A stretch of 64,000 bases of DNA from Acidobacteriota bacterium (lineage in GTDB: Bacteria; Acidobacteriota; Aminicenantia; UBA2199), in contig JALOLA010000001.1 of the NCBI GenBank assembly GCA_025456205.1, positions 65,459 to 129,458 of the forward strand, given 5' to 3'. Shown one piece after another: positions 29,716-38,296 of the stretch. The notes beneath the pieces are model-generated. The model made no database searches, had not been told where the DNA came from, and saw nothing but the letters and a program-made list of their open reading frames with translations. The position numbers were made by a program, and so were the translations under genes. Position 1 is the stretch's first letter. The number at the start of each line of letters is the position of its first letter.

Positions 29716-30638
29716 TGGACAAGAACTGGGACGTGATCATTATCGGCGGCGGCCCGGCCGGGCTGGCAGCGGCGGTGTACTGCGGCCGGGCGCTGAGGAA
29801 GACCCTGGTCCTGGAGAAAAAGGTGTTCGGCGGCCAGATCGTTTTCGCCGATATCATCGAGAACTATCCGGGTTTTGCCGAGCCGATCGTCCCGGCCGAC
29901 CTGATGGAGCAGATGTCCAAGCAATGCGAGCGCTACGGGGTCGTGCTGGAGAATGACGAGGTCCAGGCACTGAGAATGGAAGGGGAGTCCTGGCTTGTTG
30001 ATGTCTACCAGAACACCTATACGGCGAAAGCCATCCTCTATGCCGCCGGATCGATGCACCGCTTCCTCGGTGTTCCCGGTGAGCAGGAGCTGCTGGGACG
30101 CGGGGTGTCGGTTTGCGCCACCTGCGACGCCCCGTTCTTCCTGGAGCGGAAGGTCGCCGTGCTGGGAGGCGGCGATACCGCGCTTTCCGAAGCGCTGCAC
30201 CTGGCAAAGTACGCGGCCGAGGTGACCCTGATCCATCGTCGCGACAAATTCCGCGCCGAGAAGATCCTCCAGGACCGGGTGTTCAAGAACGGGAAGATCA
30301 AGGTCATCTGGGATTCCGAGGTCCTCGCCTTCAAGGGCGGGCAGCGCCTCGAGGCCCTGGAGATCCGCAACAAAAAAAGCGGCGTCGCCGAGGCCGTGGC
30401 CTTCGACGGGGCTTTCATGGCCATCGGCACCATCCCCAACACCGAGCTGCTGAAGAACATCGTCACCCTCGATGAGAACGGCTATGTCGTGACCGACATC
30501 TCCCTGCGCACCGAGGCGAATGGACTGTTCGTGGCCGGGGAAGTCATCAGGGGCAACCGGCGCCAGGTCGCCATTTCGGTCGGCATGGGAGTGCAGGCCG
30601 CGCTCGGCTGCGAGGAATACCTCGCCGCCCTGGATTGA
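29715..30638 (+). CDS. trxB: Thioredoxin-disulfide reductase
   Basis: IIIGGGPAGLAAA and redox centre CATCDAPFF. Start overlaps the trx stop by 1 nt. Confidence 0.93.
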   Translation: MDKNWDVIIIGGGPAGLAAAVYCGRALRKTLVLEKKVFGGQIVFADIIENYPGFAEPIVPADLMEQMSKQCERYGVVLENDEVQALRMEGESWLVDVYQNTYTAKAILYAAGSMHRFLGVPGEQELLGRGVSVCATCDAPFFLERKVAVLGGGDTALSEALHLAKYAAEVTLIHRRDKFRAEKILQDRVFKNGKIKVIWDSEVLAFKGGQRLEALEIRNKKSGVAEAVAFDGAFMAIGTIPNTELLKNIVTLDENGYVVTDISLRTEANGLFVAGEVIRGNRRQVAISVGMGVQAALGCEEYLAALD

Positions 30639-30692
30639 TTTCCAAAGCGCATTGGAGTAGAGTCGCCAAGGAGGCCCCGTCCCCGACGCGGG

Positions 30693-31712
30693 ATGCCGAT
30701 GATCAAGGCGCTTTTCGGCGAAAGCCTGGCAAACAAGGCGGTGCAGTGCCGTCTCTGCGCCCATGAATGCCGCATCGCCCCAGGGAAGACCGGCGTCTGC
30801 CGCGTGCGCAAGAACCTGGACGGCGAACTGTTCTCCCTGAACGCCGACCGCGTCATCGCCGCCAACATCGACCCGATCGAAAAAAAGCCTTTGTATCATT
30901 TTCTGCCGGGGTCGCGGTCCTTCTCCATTGCCGCCATGGGCTGCAACTTTTCCTGTGGCTTCTGCCAGAACCACGACATCTCCTTGGTGGAGGATGAAGC
31001 GGCCATCCGCGGCGACAGCGTCGCCCCCGCGCAGCTTGTGGCCCTGGCACTGAGAAACCGTGCCCAGTCGATTTCCTATACGTACACCGAGCCGACCGTA
31101 TTCTTTGAGCTGGCCCTGGAAACGGCAAGGCAGGCCCGGGCGGCCGGGCTGCGCAACGTGCTGGTGAGCAACGGCTACATGAGCGCGGCAGCGCTCGCCA
31201 TGATCGGGCCGTTCCTGGACGCCGCCAATATCGACCTCAAGTCGTTCTCCGACGATTTTTATAAAAATAACTGCTCCGCCCGCTTGCAACCCGTCCTGGA
31301 TACGATTCGGGCCATGAAGGCCATGGGCATCTGGATCGAGGTCACCACCCTGCTGATCCCGGGACGGAACGACGATCCCCGGGAGATCGCGCAGCTGATC
31401 GAATTCCTGTGCGGACTGGACCGGAACATCCCGTGGCACGTCTCGCGTTTCTTTCCCCATCATCGCTTGCAGGATGTCCCTCCGACCGCGGCCGCCTCGA
31501 TCCACGCCTTTCTGCGGGCGGCCGAGAACAGCGGCCTGCGTTTCCCCTACGGCGGCAACCTGGCCGATTCCCGCTGGAGCGATACGCGCTGTCCCGCCTG
31601 CGGCGAGACCATCATCGTGCGCCGCGGCTACCATGTCGAGATCGCCGGCCTGCGCTCGGGAAACTGCCGCTTCTGCGGCAAAGGGCTGCCCGGGATCTGG
31701 GGCGCCGGGTAA
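30693..31712 (+). CDS. AmmeMemoRadiSam-system radical SAM enzyme
   Basis: N-terminal Cys cluster CRLCAHECRI..GVCRVR, IEKKPLYHF, radical SAM motif CNFSCGFCQN. C-terminal CPACG...CRFCG. Confidence 0.85.
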   Translation: MPMIKALFGESLANKAVQCRLCAHECRIAPGKTGVCRVRKNLDGELFSLNADRVIAANIDPIEKKPLYHFLPGSRSFSIAAMGCNFSCGFCQNHDISLVEDEAAIRGDSVAPAQLVALALRNRAQSISYTYTEPTVFFELALETARQARAAGLRNVLVSNGYMSAAALAMIGPFLDAANIDLKSFSDDFYKNNCSARLQPVLDTIRAMKAMGIWIEVTTLLIPGRNDDPREIAQLIEFLCGLDRNIPWHVSRFFPHHRLQDVPPTAAASIHAFLRAAENSGLRFPYGGNLADSRWSDTRCPACGETIIVRRGYHVEIAGLRSGNCRFCGKGLPGIWGAG

Positions 31713-31751
31713 ACAGGCCCTTCGGGCGCCGGTCGCTGATGCGCCGGTGCA

Positions 31752-31780
31752 TTGACAAAAAAAATTCGCTGGCATATTTT
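31752..31780 (+). promoter_or_regulatory. Possible promoter of the hypothetical gene
   Basis: TTGACA-17-TATTTT, 10 nt before ATG 31791. Confidence 0.4.
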
Positions 31781-31790
31781 ATAGGCGGAG

Positions 31791-33086
31791 ATGATCATGG
31801 CAGAAAGCGACCCCGCGGGAAACAATGTCTCTCCGGCTTCCCAGGCCCCGGTTGTGCCGGCGGCGTCAGCGCCTTCCCAGCGGCCAACCGTCCCGGAGCC
31901 GGCGCAGCAGGCTCCGCCCTCCGCGAACGAGCCGCCTCCGGCAATGCCCGGCGTGAGGCTTGATGACGTGCCCAAGCCGTATGCCGCCAGGCGGCCCTGG
32001 CCTGCCGCTACCTGGATCATGATCGCGATCGTTTCGCTGATCGTCATGGTCCTCCTGTTTCTCGGCATCCGCCCGCGGCGCCAGGCAAGCCAGGGAAGCG
32101 CCGGTGTCGAAGCCGCGATCAACCAGGAGAATGTCGACCTGTCCAATTACAATGAGTTCGTCGCCAAAAACAAGGCCCTTATCCAGCAAACGTATTCCGA
32201 GATGATCCTGACCGCTGAACCGTTCGCCGGACAGGCGCCGCTGGCCGTGCGCGACAGCGGCCCCCTGGTCTCCGCCGCGGCCGACCCGCAGCTGGCGGCA
32301 CTGGTCGATGCTTTTTGCATACGCGTCCAGGTCATGCAGGGCAGCCAGGCGTTGGACCGCGATCGGTCGCTCAGCCGGGTCACGCGGGGCGAGGTCCGCG
32401 GCTTCAGGGTCCAGGCGCTGGAAAAGATCGATAACGGGAAGATCGTCGCCGAAGAGGCCCAGATAACGACCCCGCGCAACGGATTGGTCAAGACCGTCGG
32501 TGGTGTCCTGGCCACCTTGCAGAAGACTGATCTCCAGGGTGTCCTGGGCGAGCTCCGGGCCGCGGGCATGGAATTCTCGCCGCTGCCCGCCGCGGGCGGC
32601 GAAAAAGTGTTTCGCGGCCAGCTGCGTTTCATCGCGCCCTGGGGAAAAGCCCTTCCCGGCGAACTGCTCATCGCGGGCGATGGCGTCGGCGACCTCAATC
32701 TGGGCACGCCCGTGAACCGCATGCGCAGCCGGCTTCCCGCCGCCTACAACATCCTGAAAAGAAGGGTCCTGGTCAAGGACGCCTATCATGAGGTGTACAA
32801 GGTCACGGACCAGGGCGGCGAGCCCTTGTTCTATGTCTACGAGCGCGATAACCGGGTGTGGGGGATCGCGATCATCAGCGAGGTGTTCAAGACCGCCCAG
32901 GGGATGGGCATCCAGAACACCCTCGACCAGATGCGCCTCCATTACCCGCAGGTCAAGCTGGCGTACTCGGGGAAAAGGAACCCCTTTGTCCGCGTGGACG
33001 GCGTGGAAGGCATTTTCATCCTCCAGGGCGAAGACGATAAAAAAGTCATTTCGATCCTGATCGGGGAATCGCCGGAATTCGAGTGA
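31791..33086 (+). CDS. Hypothetical membrane-anchored protein with Pro/Ala-rich cytoplasmic N-terminus
   Basis: Host-like codon usage, one TM (WIMIAIVSLIVMVLLFLGI), no motif I recognise. Alternative ATG at 31797. Confidence 0.6.
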   Translation: MIMAESDPAGNNVSPASQAPVVPAASAPSQRPTVPEPAQQAPPSANEPPPAMPGVRLDDVPKPYAARRPWPAATWIMIAIVSLIVMVLLFLGIRPRRQASQGSAGVEAAINQENVDLSNYNEFVAKNKALIQQTYSEMILTAEPFAGQAPLAVRDSGPLVSAAADPQLAALVDAFCIRVQVMQGSQALDRDRSLSRVTRGEVRGFRVQALEKIDNGKIVAEEAQITTPRNGLVKTVGGVLATLQKTDLQGVLGELRAAGMEFSPLPAAGGEKVFRGQLRFIAPWGKALPGELLIAGDGVGDLNLGTPVNRMRSRLPAAYNILKRRVLVKDAYHEVYKVTDQGGEPLFYVYERDNRVWGIAIISEVFKTAQGMGIQNTLDQMRLHYPQVKLAYSGKRNPFVRVDGVEGIFILQGEDDKKVISILIGESPEFE

Positions 33087-33122
33087 ACGCGGCGGGTGGC
33101 CCGCGGCGTCCCGGGGCCGGGC

Positions 33123-34994
33123 CTACTTGACCAGTCCCAGCAGCCCGATGGAGATCAGGGGCACGTACGTGATCAGCAGGACCGCGATCAGCTGGATGAT
33201 CAGGAAAGGGAAAACGTCCTTGTAGATCTTGCCGATCGGCTCGTTGAACGTGTACGAGGCCAGGTATAGGTTCAGGCCGACCGGCGGCGTCAGGTAGCCC
33301 AGCTCCATGTTGGCCAGGAAAATGATACCCAGGTGCACCGGGTGGATGCCGAACAGGTCGCCCAGCGGTATGATCAGGGGCACGACGACCATGATCGCCG
33401 AGAAGATGTCCATGAAGCAGCCCGTGATCAGCAGGGCGATGTTCAACAGCAGCAGGAAAAGGTACCTGGAATGGATGGCGCTTTGCACCCAGGCCGTCAG
33501 TTGCATGGGGATCTCGGCGTCGACGATGTAGTACGAGAGGCCCTTGGCCAGTGCCAGTATGGCCAGGACGCCGCCGATGATCGGCATGCATTTGAGCAGG
33601 ACGTTGGACAGCTCCCGGAACTTGATGTCGCGGTGGATGAACACTTCGACGATCAGCGCATAGATCACCGCCACGGCCGCGCTTTCCACCAGGGTGGTGA
33701 TGCCGCCGAAAAAGCCCCCGACGATGATCACGGGCAGGAGGATCTCCCAGAACGAATTCTTGATGGCCGCTGCCGCTTCCTTCACCGCGAAACGCTCCCG
33801 CGGCACCTTGTTGCGCTTGGCGGTCAGCACCCCGAACAGGACCATGGCCAGCACCAGGATGACCCCCGGCGCGATCCCGCCGATGAACATGTCCTTGATG
33901 CTGACTTGGGCCGTGACCCCGTAGATGATGACCGGCAGGCTGGGCGGGAAGAGCAGGCCGATGCTGCCGACGGCGGTCAGCAGTCCGGTGCTGAACGGCT
34001 TGCTGTATTGACCCTTGATCAGCACATAGGAGAGGAGCCCGCCCACGGCCAGGATCGTCACTCCCGAGGCGCCGGTGAAGGTGGTGAAAAAGGTGCAGAC
34101 CAGGATGGCCATGATGCTCAGGCCGCCGGGGAACCAGGAAAAGATCGCCTTGAACAGCCGGACGATGCGCTCCCCGGCCCGGCTTTCGGAAAGCAAGAAG
34201 CCGGTGAATGTGAACAGGGGAATGGCGGGGAGGGAATGGCTGGTCAGCAGGGAATAAGCTTCGTTGGCGATGACCTCCAGGGGCTGGGCGGTATGGGCGA
34301 ACAGCATGTAGGCGACGCCCCCCAGCACGATGAATATCGGCACGCCCGTAAGGGCGCCGAAAAGGAGCAGGACGATGATCGGCGTGGAAAGGTGGGCGCC
34401 GATCCAGTCATAGGCAGGCATCAAACCATTGATGAAGGTCTCCGCCGCCGGGAAAACGAGGGGGGCGATATTGGCGATCGCGCCCCAGGCCAGCAGGGAG
34501 CCGATGATGAATCCTGTCGAGGCGATGACCTTGCCCCAGGCCTTGCCGGGGGCCAGCCGGGCGAAGCGATAGGCCACCACCGCGTAGCCCGCGGGCATGA
34601 CCATAACGATCCAGCGCATGGGGACCAGCCAGAGCTTCTCCCCGGGGTCGAAGGCGTTCAGCAGGAACGACATGGAGCACCAGGCGAAGGCGGTGGCGAA
34701 GGACGTCCCCAGGACCGCGTTCAGCAGCCGCAGCCGGGACAGCAGCCCGGACTTGAATTTCAGGTTAAGGGAGAGGGAAAGGTGGCGGTTTTCGCGGCTG
34801 GTGATGGCGGCGCCGATGAAGGCCAGCACCAGGACCAGGTGATGGGTATATTCGGTGGAGTTGCGGATGCCGGTATGGAAGAACTTGCGGGCGATCACTT
34901 CCATGAGCGGGAAGAGGGCCAGCAGGAAGATCGTGAAGAACGCCAGCAGGGATTCCAGCGAACGGGCGGCGCTGCGCAGGTGTTGCCAGATCAT
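33123..34994 (-). CDS. TRAP transporter fused small/large permease (DctQ-DctM)
   Basis: 623 aa. A four-TM DctQ-like N-terminus is followed by a DctM-like multi-TM domain. Confidence 0.92.
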   Translation of the reverse strand: MIWQHLRSAARSLESLLAFFTIFLLALFPLMEVIARKFFHTGIRNSTEYTHHLVLVLAFIGAAITSRENRHLSLSLNLKFKSGLLSRLRLLNAVLGTSFATAFAWCSMSFLLNAFDPGEKLWLVPMRWIVMVMPAGYAVVAYRFARLAPGKAWGKVIASTGFIIGSLLAWGAIANIAPLVFPAAETFINGLMPAYDWIGAHLSTPIIVLLLFGALTGVPIFIVLGGVAYMLFAHTAQPLEVIANEAYSLLTSHSLPAIPLFTFTGFLLSESRAGERIVRLFKAIFSWFPGGLSIMAILVCTFFTTFTGASGVTILAVGGLLSYVLIKGQYSKPFSTGLLTAVGSIGLLFPPSLPVIIYGVTAQVSIKDMFIGGIAPGVILVLAMVLFGVLTAKRNKVPRERFAVKEAAAAIKNSFWEILLPVIIVGGFFGGITTLVESAAVAVIYALIVEVFIHRDIKFRELSNVLLKCMPIIGGVLAILALAKGLSYYIVDAEIPMQLTAWVQSAIHSRYLFLLLLNIALLITGCFMDIFSAIMVVVPLIIPLGDLFGIHPVHLGIIFLANMELGYLTPPVGLNLYLASYTFNEPIGKIYKDVFPFLIIQLIAVLLITYVPLISIGLLGLVK

Positions 34995-35983
34995 TTTTTC
35001 TGCCTGAACTCCTGCAGTATCCGCAGCAACTGTTCGTAGATCTCCCTGCTGAAGACCTTTCCGACCAGCTCGTCCATGCCCTTATCGGCCGCCTCCTTCC
35101 ATTTCGCCAGGCTGTCATCCGGCGGCTCGTTGATGACCAGCCCGTTCTTCTTCATGGAATCCAGGGCCTTTTTTTCCAGGGCCTCCGTTTCCACGGCCAG
35201 TTTCGCCGAGGCCTTGTCCACCGCCGCCATCATGGGCTGCTTGAAGTTCTGCGGGATCTTCTCCCAGATGCGGTCCATGATCACCAGCCCGCCCACGAGC
35301 GGGGCGATCTTCAGGGAGCACATGTTCGGGGCCAGGGCGAAATACTGGCCGGACCCCGCCACCAGGGGCGGCAGATAGAAGGCGTTGACCATGCCGCTCT
35401 GCAGGGACATCATCATGTCCTTCAACTCGGTGGGCACGATGTGGTAGCCCGATTTTTTCCAGGCCTGCTCCATCTCGGGCTCGCCGGTGCTGAAGGCCAG
35501 CTTGTGTTTTTTCAGGTCCTGGGGGTAGAGAACGCGCTCCTTGGAGAAGAAATTCACCCAGCCGCTCATGGTCCAGATGATGACCTTGAAACCTTTCTCC
35601 TGGATCTGCTTTTCAAAGACCGGGTTGAGCCTGGACATGACATAGGCCATCTCCTTCTCGCTCTGGAAGAGGAACGGGGTGCTGAGGACGAAGGCGTCGG
35701 CATCGATCTTGGTCAGGCCGATGTTGGTCAGGATGGCGCCGCCCAGGGTGCCGACCTTCATCTTGCGGATCATGTCCTCCTCGCCGCCGGCGATGCCGCC
35801 CGGGTAGATCTTCAGCTTGACCTGGCCATTGGTGATCGCCGCCCATTCGCGGGCGATCTCCTTCAGGGCGGCGTCCCAGGGCGAGCGGTCGGGGGCGACG
35901 CTGCCGATCTTGATGATCTGCGCCGGCAGGATGAGCGACATGAAAAAAAGTAAAGCAAAGGTCCTGGCCCATTTCATGGTCAT
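34991..35983 (-). CDS. TRAP transporter substrate-binding protein (DctP family)
   Basis: Signal peptide and DctP-like sequence. 4-nt overlaps on both sides. Confidence 0.9.
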   Translation of the reverse strand: MTMKWARTFALLFFMSLILPAQIIKIGSVAPDRSPWDAALKEIAREWAAITNGQVKLKIYPGGIAGGEEDMIRKMKVGTLGGAILTNIGLTKIDADAFVLSTPFLFQSEKEMAYVMSRLNPVFEKQIQEKGFKVIIWTMSGWVNFFSKERVLYPQDLKKHKLAFSTGEPEMEQAWKKSGYHIVPTELKDMMMSLQSGMVNAFYLPPLVAGSGQYFALAPNMCSLKIAPLVGGLVIMDRIWEKIPQNFKQPMMAAVDKASAKLAVETEALEKKALDSMKKNGLVINEPPDDSLAKWKEAADKGMDELVGKVFSREIYEQLLRILQEFRQKK

Positions 35984-36939
35984 TTCTCCTCTGGTTGCGC
36001 TTCAGGTTCTTCGTCGGCTAGAAAAAAGTCGTCGGCATGCTCGAGCAGCCATTGTGCCTTGCGCTGGTTGAGCACGTTCACCAGCCGGTTCTCCGGAGCG
36101 GCTTCCGGGTCGATGGCCAGCGCCTTGTTCAGGAGGTCCTTGTATTCCGCGAGGTTCTGCTCCTTGACCGTCACGGAAGTGGCCAGCGACAGGTAGGGGG
36201 TCGCCGAGCGCCCCCTGGAGATCTCCAGGGCGCGGCCAAAATGCTCGCGCGCCTTTTTCAGACTGCCGCCCATGTACTCGGGAAGGGACCCGTAGTACAG
36301 GATGTAGAATTCATGGATGGCGCCGACGGCATAGTCGGGGTCGAGCCTGTACACCCTCTCGATCAGCGCTGCCGCGGCCGGCAGCGTGACGCCCAGGTCC
36401 ATGTCGAACGGGTCGATGGCGTACGCGCCCAGCCAGCCGGCCCCGGCCCAATAGAGCAGGGGCGCGTCCTTGCGCGTGGTGCGCTCCAGGGCCTGGTCGT
36501 ACTTTCTTTTCTGCAGGTCGGCGCGCAGCCCCGGGTACTTGTCCTCCAGGCAGGCCAGGATGATGTCGCGGCCGCGCAGGTACAGGTTCTTGGCCCGCTT
36601 GTAGGTGAATTCCTGCTTTTTGTATTCCTCCTCGGGCAGCATGGTGGCCGGGGTTTGCAGGAAGGCATTGGCGTACATGACATAAAGGCTTCCCGTCTGC
36701 AGGCGCAGCCCCTGGTGGCGCGGGTTCGCGGCCAGCAGGGATTCGTACATCTTGATGGCGAAAGGCAGCGCATCGCCGACCAGTTCCGGGTCGTTGTCGC
36801 CGGTGAACACCGTGCTGGAGCCGCTGCCGGTCAGGGCGTTGGCCACCTGGTTCATGGCCAGCTTCTTCAGCGAGCAGGAGGGCGTAAAAAACAGGACAGG
36901 CAGAATGAGGCAGCAGGATGAGAAAAACGCCTTTTTCAT
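35980..36939 (-). CDS. TatT-like TPR/helical-repeat component of a TRAP transporter (lipoprotein-like)
   Basis: Signal peptide with Cys (FFTPSC), all-helical repeat composition, first gene of the TRAP operon. Assignment rests on context and recollection of the family. Confidence 0.65.
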   Translation of the reverse strand: MKKAFFSSCCLILPVLFFTPSCSLKKLAMNQVANALTGSGSSTVFTGDNDPELVGDALPFAIKMYESLLAANPRHQGLRLQTGSLYVMYANAFLQTPATMLPEEEYKKQEFTYKRAKNLYLRGRDIILACLEDKYPGLRADLQKRKYDQALERTTRKDAPLLYWAGAGWLGAYAIDPFDMDLGVTLPAAAALIERVYRLDPDYAVGAIHEFYILYYGSLPEYMGGSLKKAREHFGRALEISRGRSATPYLSLATSVTVKEQNLAEYKDLLNKALAIDPEAAPENRLVNVLNQRKAQWLLEHADDFFLADEEPEAQPEEK

Positions 36940-37050
36940 TATTTTTCTCCAGCAGGTTTGACCCTATTATACAATAATACGCAACGGCTGTATGCAGGTT
37001 TTTTTAAAATTCAATACTGTGGCTCGCTGCCGTTGCGGCGCAGGATTGGA

Positions 37051-37079
37051 TTGACCGCCCGTGCAAAAGCGGATACAAT
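37051..37079 (+). promoter_or_regulatory. nadA promoter
   Basis: TTGACC-17-TACAAT, 15 nt before the ATG. Confidence 0.5.
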
Positions 37080-37094
37080 CAGCGGGAGAACGCG

Positions 37095-38009
37095 ATGAAG
37101 GAAACCGGCGAACTTGCACTGAAGATCAGCGAGCTGAAAATAAAAAGGAACGCCATCATCCTGGCCCATAACTACCAGGCCGAGGAGGTGCAGCTGGCCG
37201 CCGATTTTCTTGGCGATTCCCTCGAGCTGAGCCGCAAGGCGGCCGGCCTCGACCAGGATATCATCGTGTTCGCCGGCGTGAAATTCATGGCCGAGACCGC
37301 CAAGATCCTGTCGCCGGCCAAGAAGGTCCTGCTGCCGCGCCTCGATGCCGGCTGCCCCATGGCCGACATGATCACGGTGGACGAGCTGCGCGAAATGAAA
37401 ACCCGGCACCCGCGCGCCATGGTGGTCACCTATGTGAATTCCTCGGTGGAGATCAAGGCGGAGAGCGACGTATGCTGCACCTCGGCCAACGCTGTCCAGG
37501 TCGTGAAGAACGTGCCGGCCGCCGAGATCATTTTCGTTCCCGACGAGAATCTGGGGAGCTACGTACAGAAGCGGGTCCCCGAGAAAAAGCTGCATCTGTT
37601 CGAGGGCTTCTGCTATGTTCATCACCGCATCCGCGCGGAAGAGATCGCCGCCGCGCGCGCCCTCTTTCCCGGGGCGCCGGTGATCGTCCATCCGGAAGTG
37701 CGGCCCGAGATCGCCGACAACGCCGACGAGGTCCTCTCCACCAGCGGCATGCTGCTCTATGTTCGCAGCGCCCCGGCGCTGGAGTTCATCGTGGCCACGG
37801 AGCAGGGCTTGCTGCAGAGGATGAAAAGGGAAAATCCCGGCAAGGAGTTCATCCCGGCCGGCCGGGAGAAGATCTGCAGCAACATGAAGCGCACAACGCT
37901 CCTGGATGTCTTTGCCGCGCTGGACGAGGACAAGTACATGATCGAGGTCGAACCCCGGACCGCCGGGCGGGCTGGCCGGGCTTTGCGCGAAATGCTAAAA
38001 TACGGATAA
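37095..38009 (+). CDS. nadA: Quinolinate synthase
   Basis: ILAHNYQ motif and full-length NadA-like sequence. Confidence 0.93.
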   Translation: MKETGELALKISELKIKRNAIILAHNYQAEEVQLAADFLGDSLELSRKAAGLDQDIIVFAGVKFMAETAKILSPAKKVLLPRLDAGCPMADMITVDELREMKTRHPRAMVVTYVNSSVEIKAESDVCCTSANAVQVVKNVPAAEIIFVPDENLGSYVQKRVPEKKLHLFEGFCYVHHRIRAEEIAAARALFPGAPVIVHPEVRPEIADNADEVLSTSGMLLYVRSAPALEFIVATEQGLLQRMKRENPGKEFIPAGREKICSNMKRTTLLDVFAALDEDKYMIEVEPRTAGRAGRALREMLKYG

Positions 38010-38018
38010 GGAGCCAGA

Positions 38019-38252
38019 ATGGAACTGAAGGAAAAAGTCGCGGCCGTGATCGAGCAAGTGCGCCCGGCCCTGCAGGGTGACGGCGGCGACATCGAGCTGG
38101 TCGACGTGCTGGCCGCGGAGAAAGCCGTTTTGGTGCGCCTGAAAGGGCATTGCTTCGGCTGCCCGATGAGCATGTACACCATCAAGGGCTATGTGGAACA
38201 GGTGATGAAGCAGGAGGTTCCGGAGATCGTTGAGGTCCGCCTGGTCAAATAG
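38019..38252 (+). CDS. NifU/Nfu-type Fe-S cluster carrier domain protein
   Basis: 77 aa; VRPALQGDGGDIELVDV...LKGHCFGCPMS (CxxC). Confidence 0.85.
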   Translation: MELKEKVAAVIEQVRPALQGDGGDIELVDVLAAEKAVLVRLKGHCFGCPMSMYTIKGYVEQVMKQEVPEIVEVRLVK

Positions 38253-38296
38253 ATGAGATCCCAGCCTGCCGGCCGGGTTGCCGCCAACACGCTCCA

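Noticed and set aside
29598-31775. A 725-aa reverse-strand ORF spanning trx, trxB, the AmmeMemoRadiSam gene and the spacers between them.
   Set aside because: It crosses three well-supported plus-strand genes. Its composition is G/A/R/D/P/H-rich and it has no recognisable domain. It is a GC3 antisense artefact.
33087-33122. A GC-rich dyad (ggcccg...cgggcc) between convergent genes, considered as a bidirectional terminator.
   Set aside because: The stem is short, the loop is long, and there is no U/T tract on either strand. It is not convincing as an intrinsic terminator.
33333-35039. A 568-aa plus-strand ORF opposite the TRAP DctQM permease. Similar long shadow ORFs occur at 39637-41301, 40007-41644, 42703-44031, 43928-45751, 49433-51094 and 50527-52422.
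   Set aside because: All lie opposite, or out of frame with, genes carrying clear family signatures. All have extreme Arg/Gly/Asp/His/Pro composition typical of non-coding frames in GC-rich DNA.
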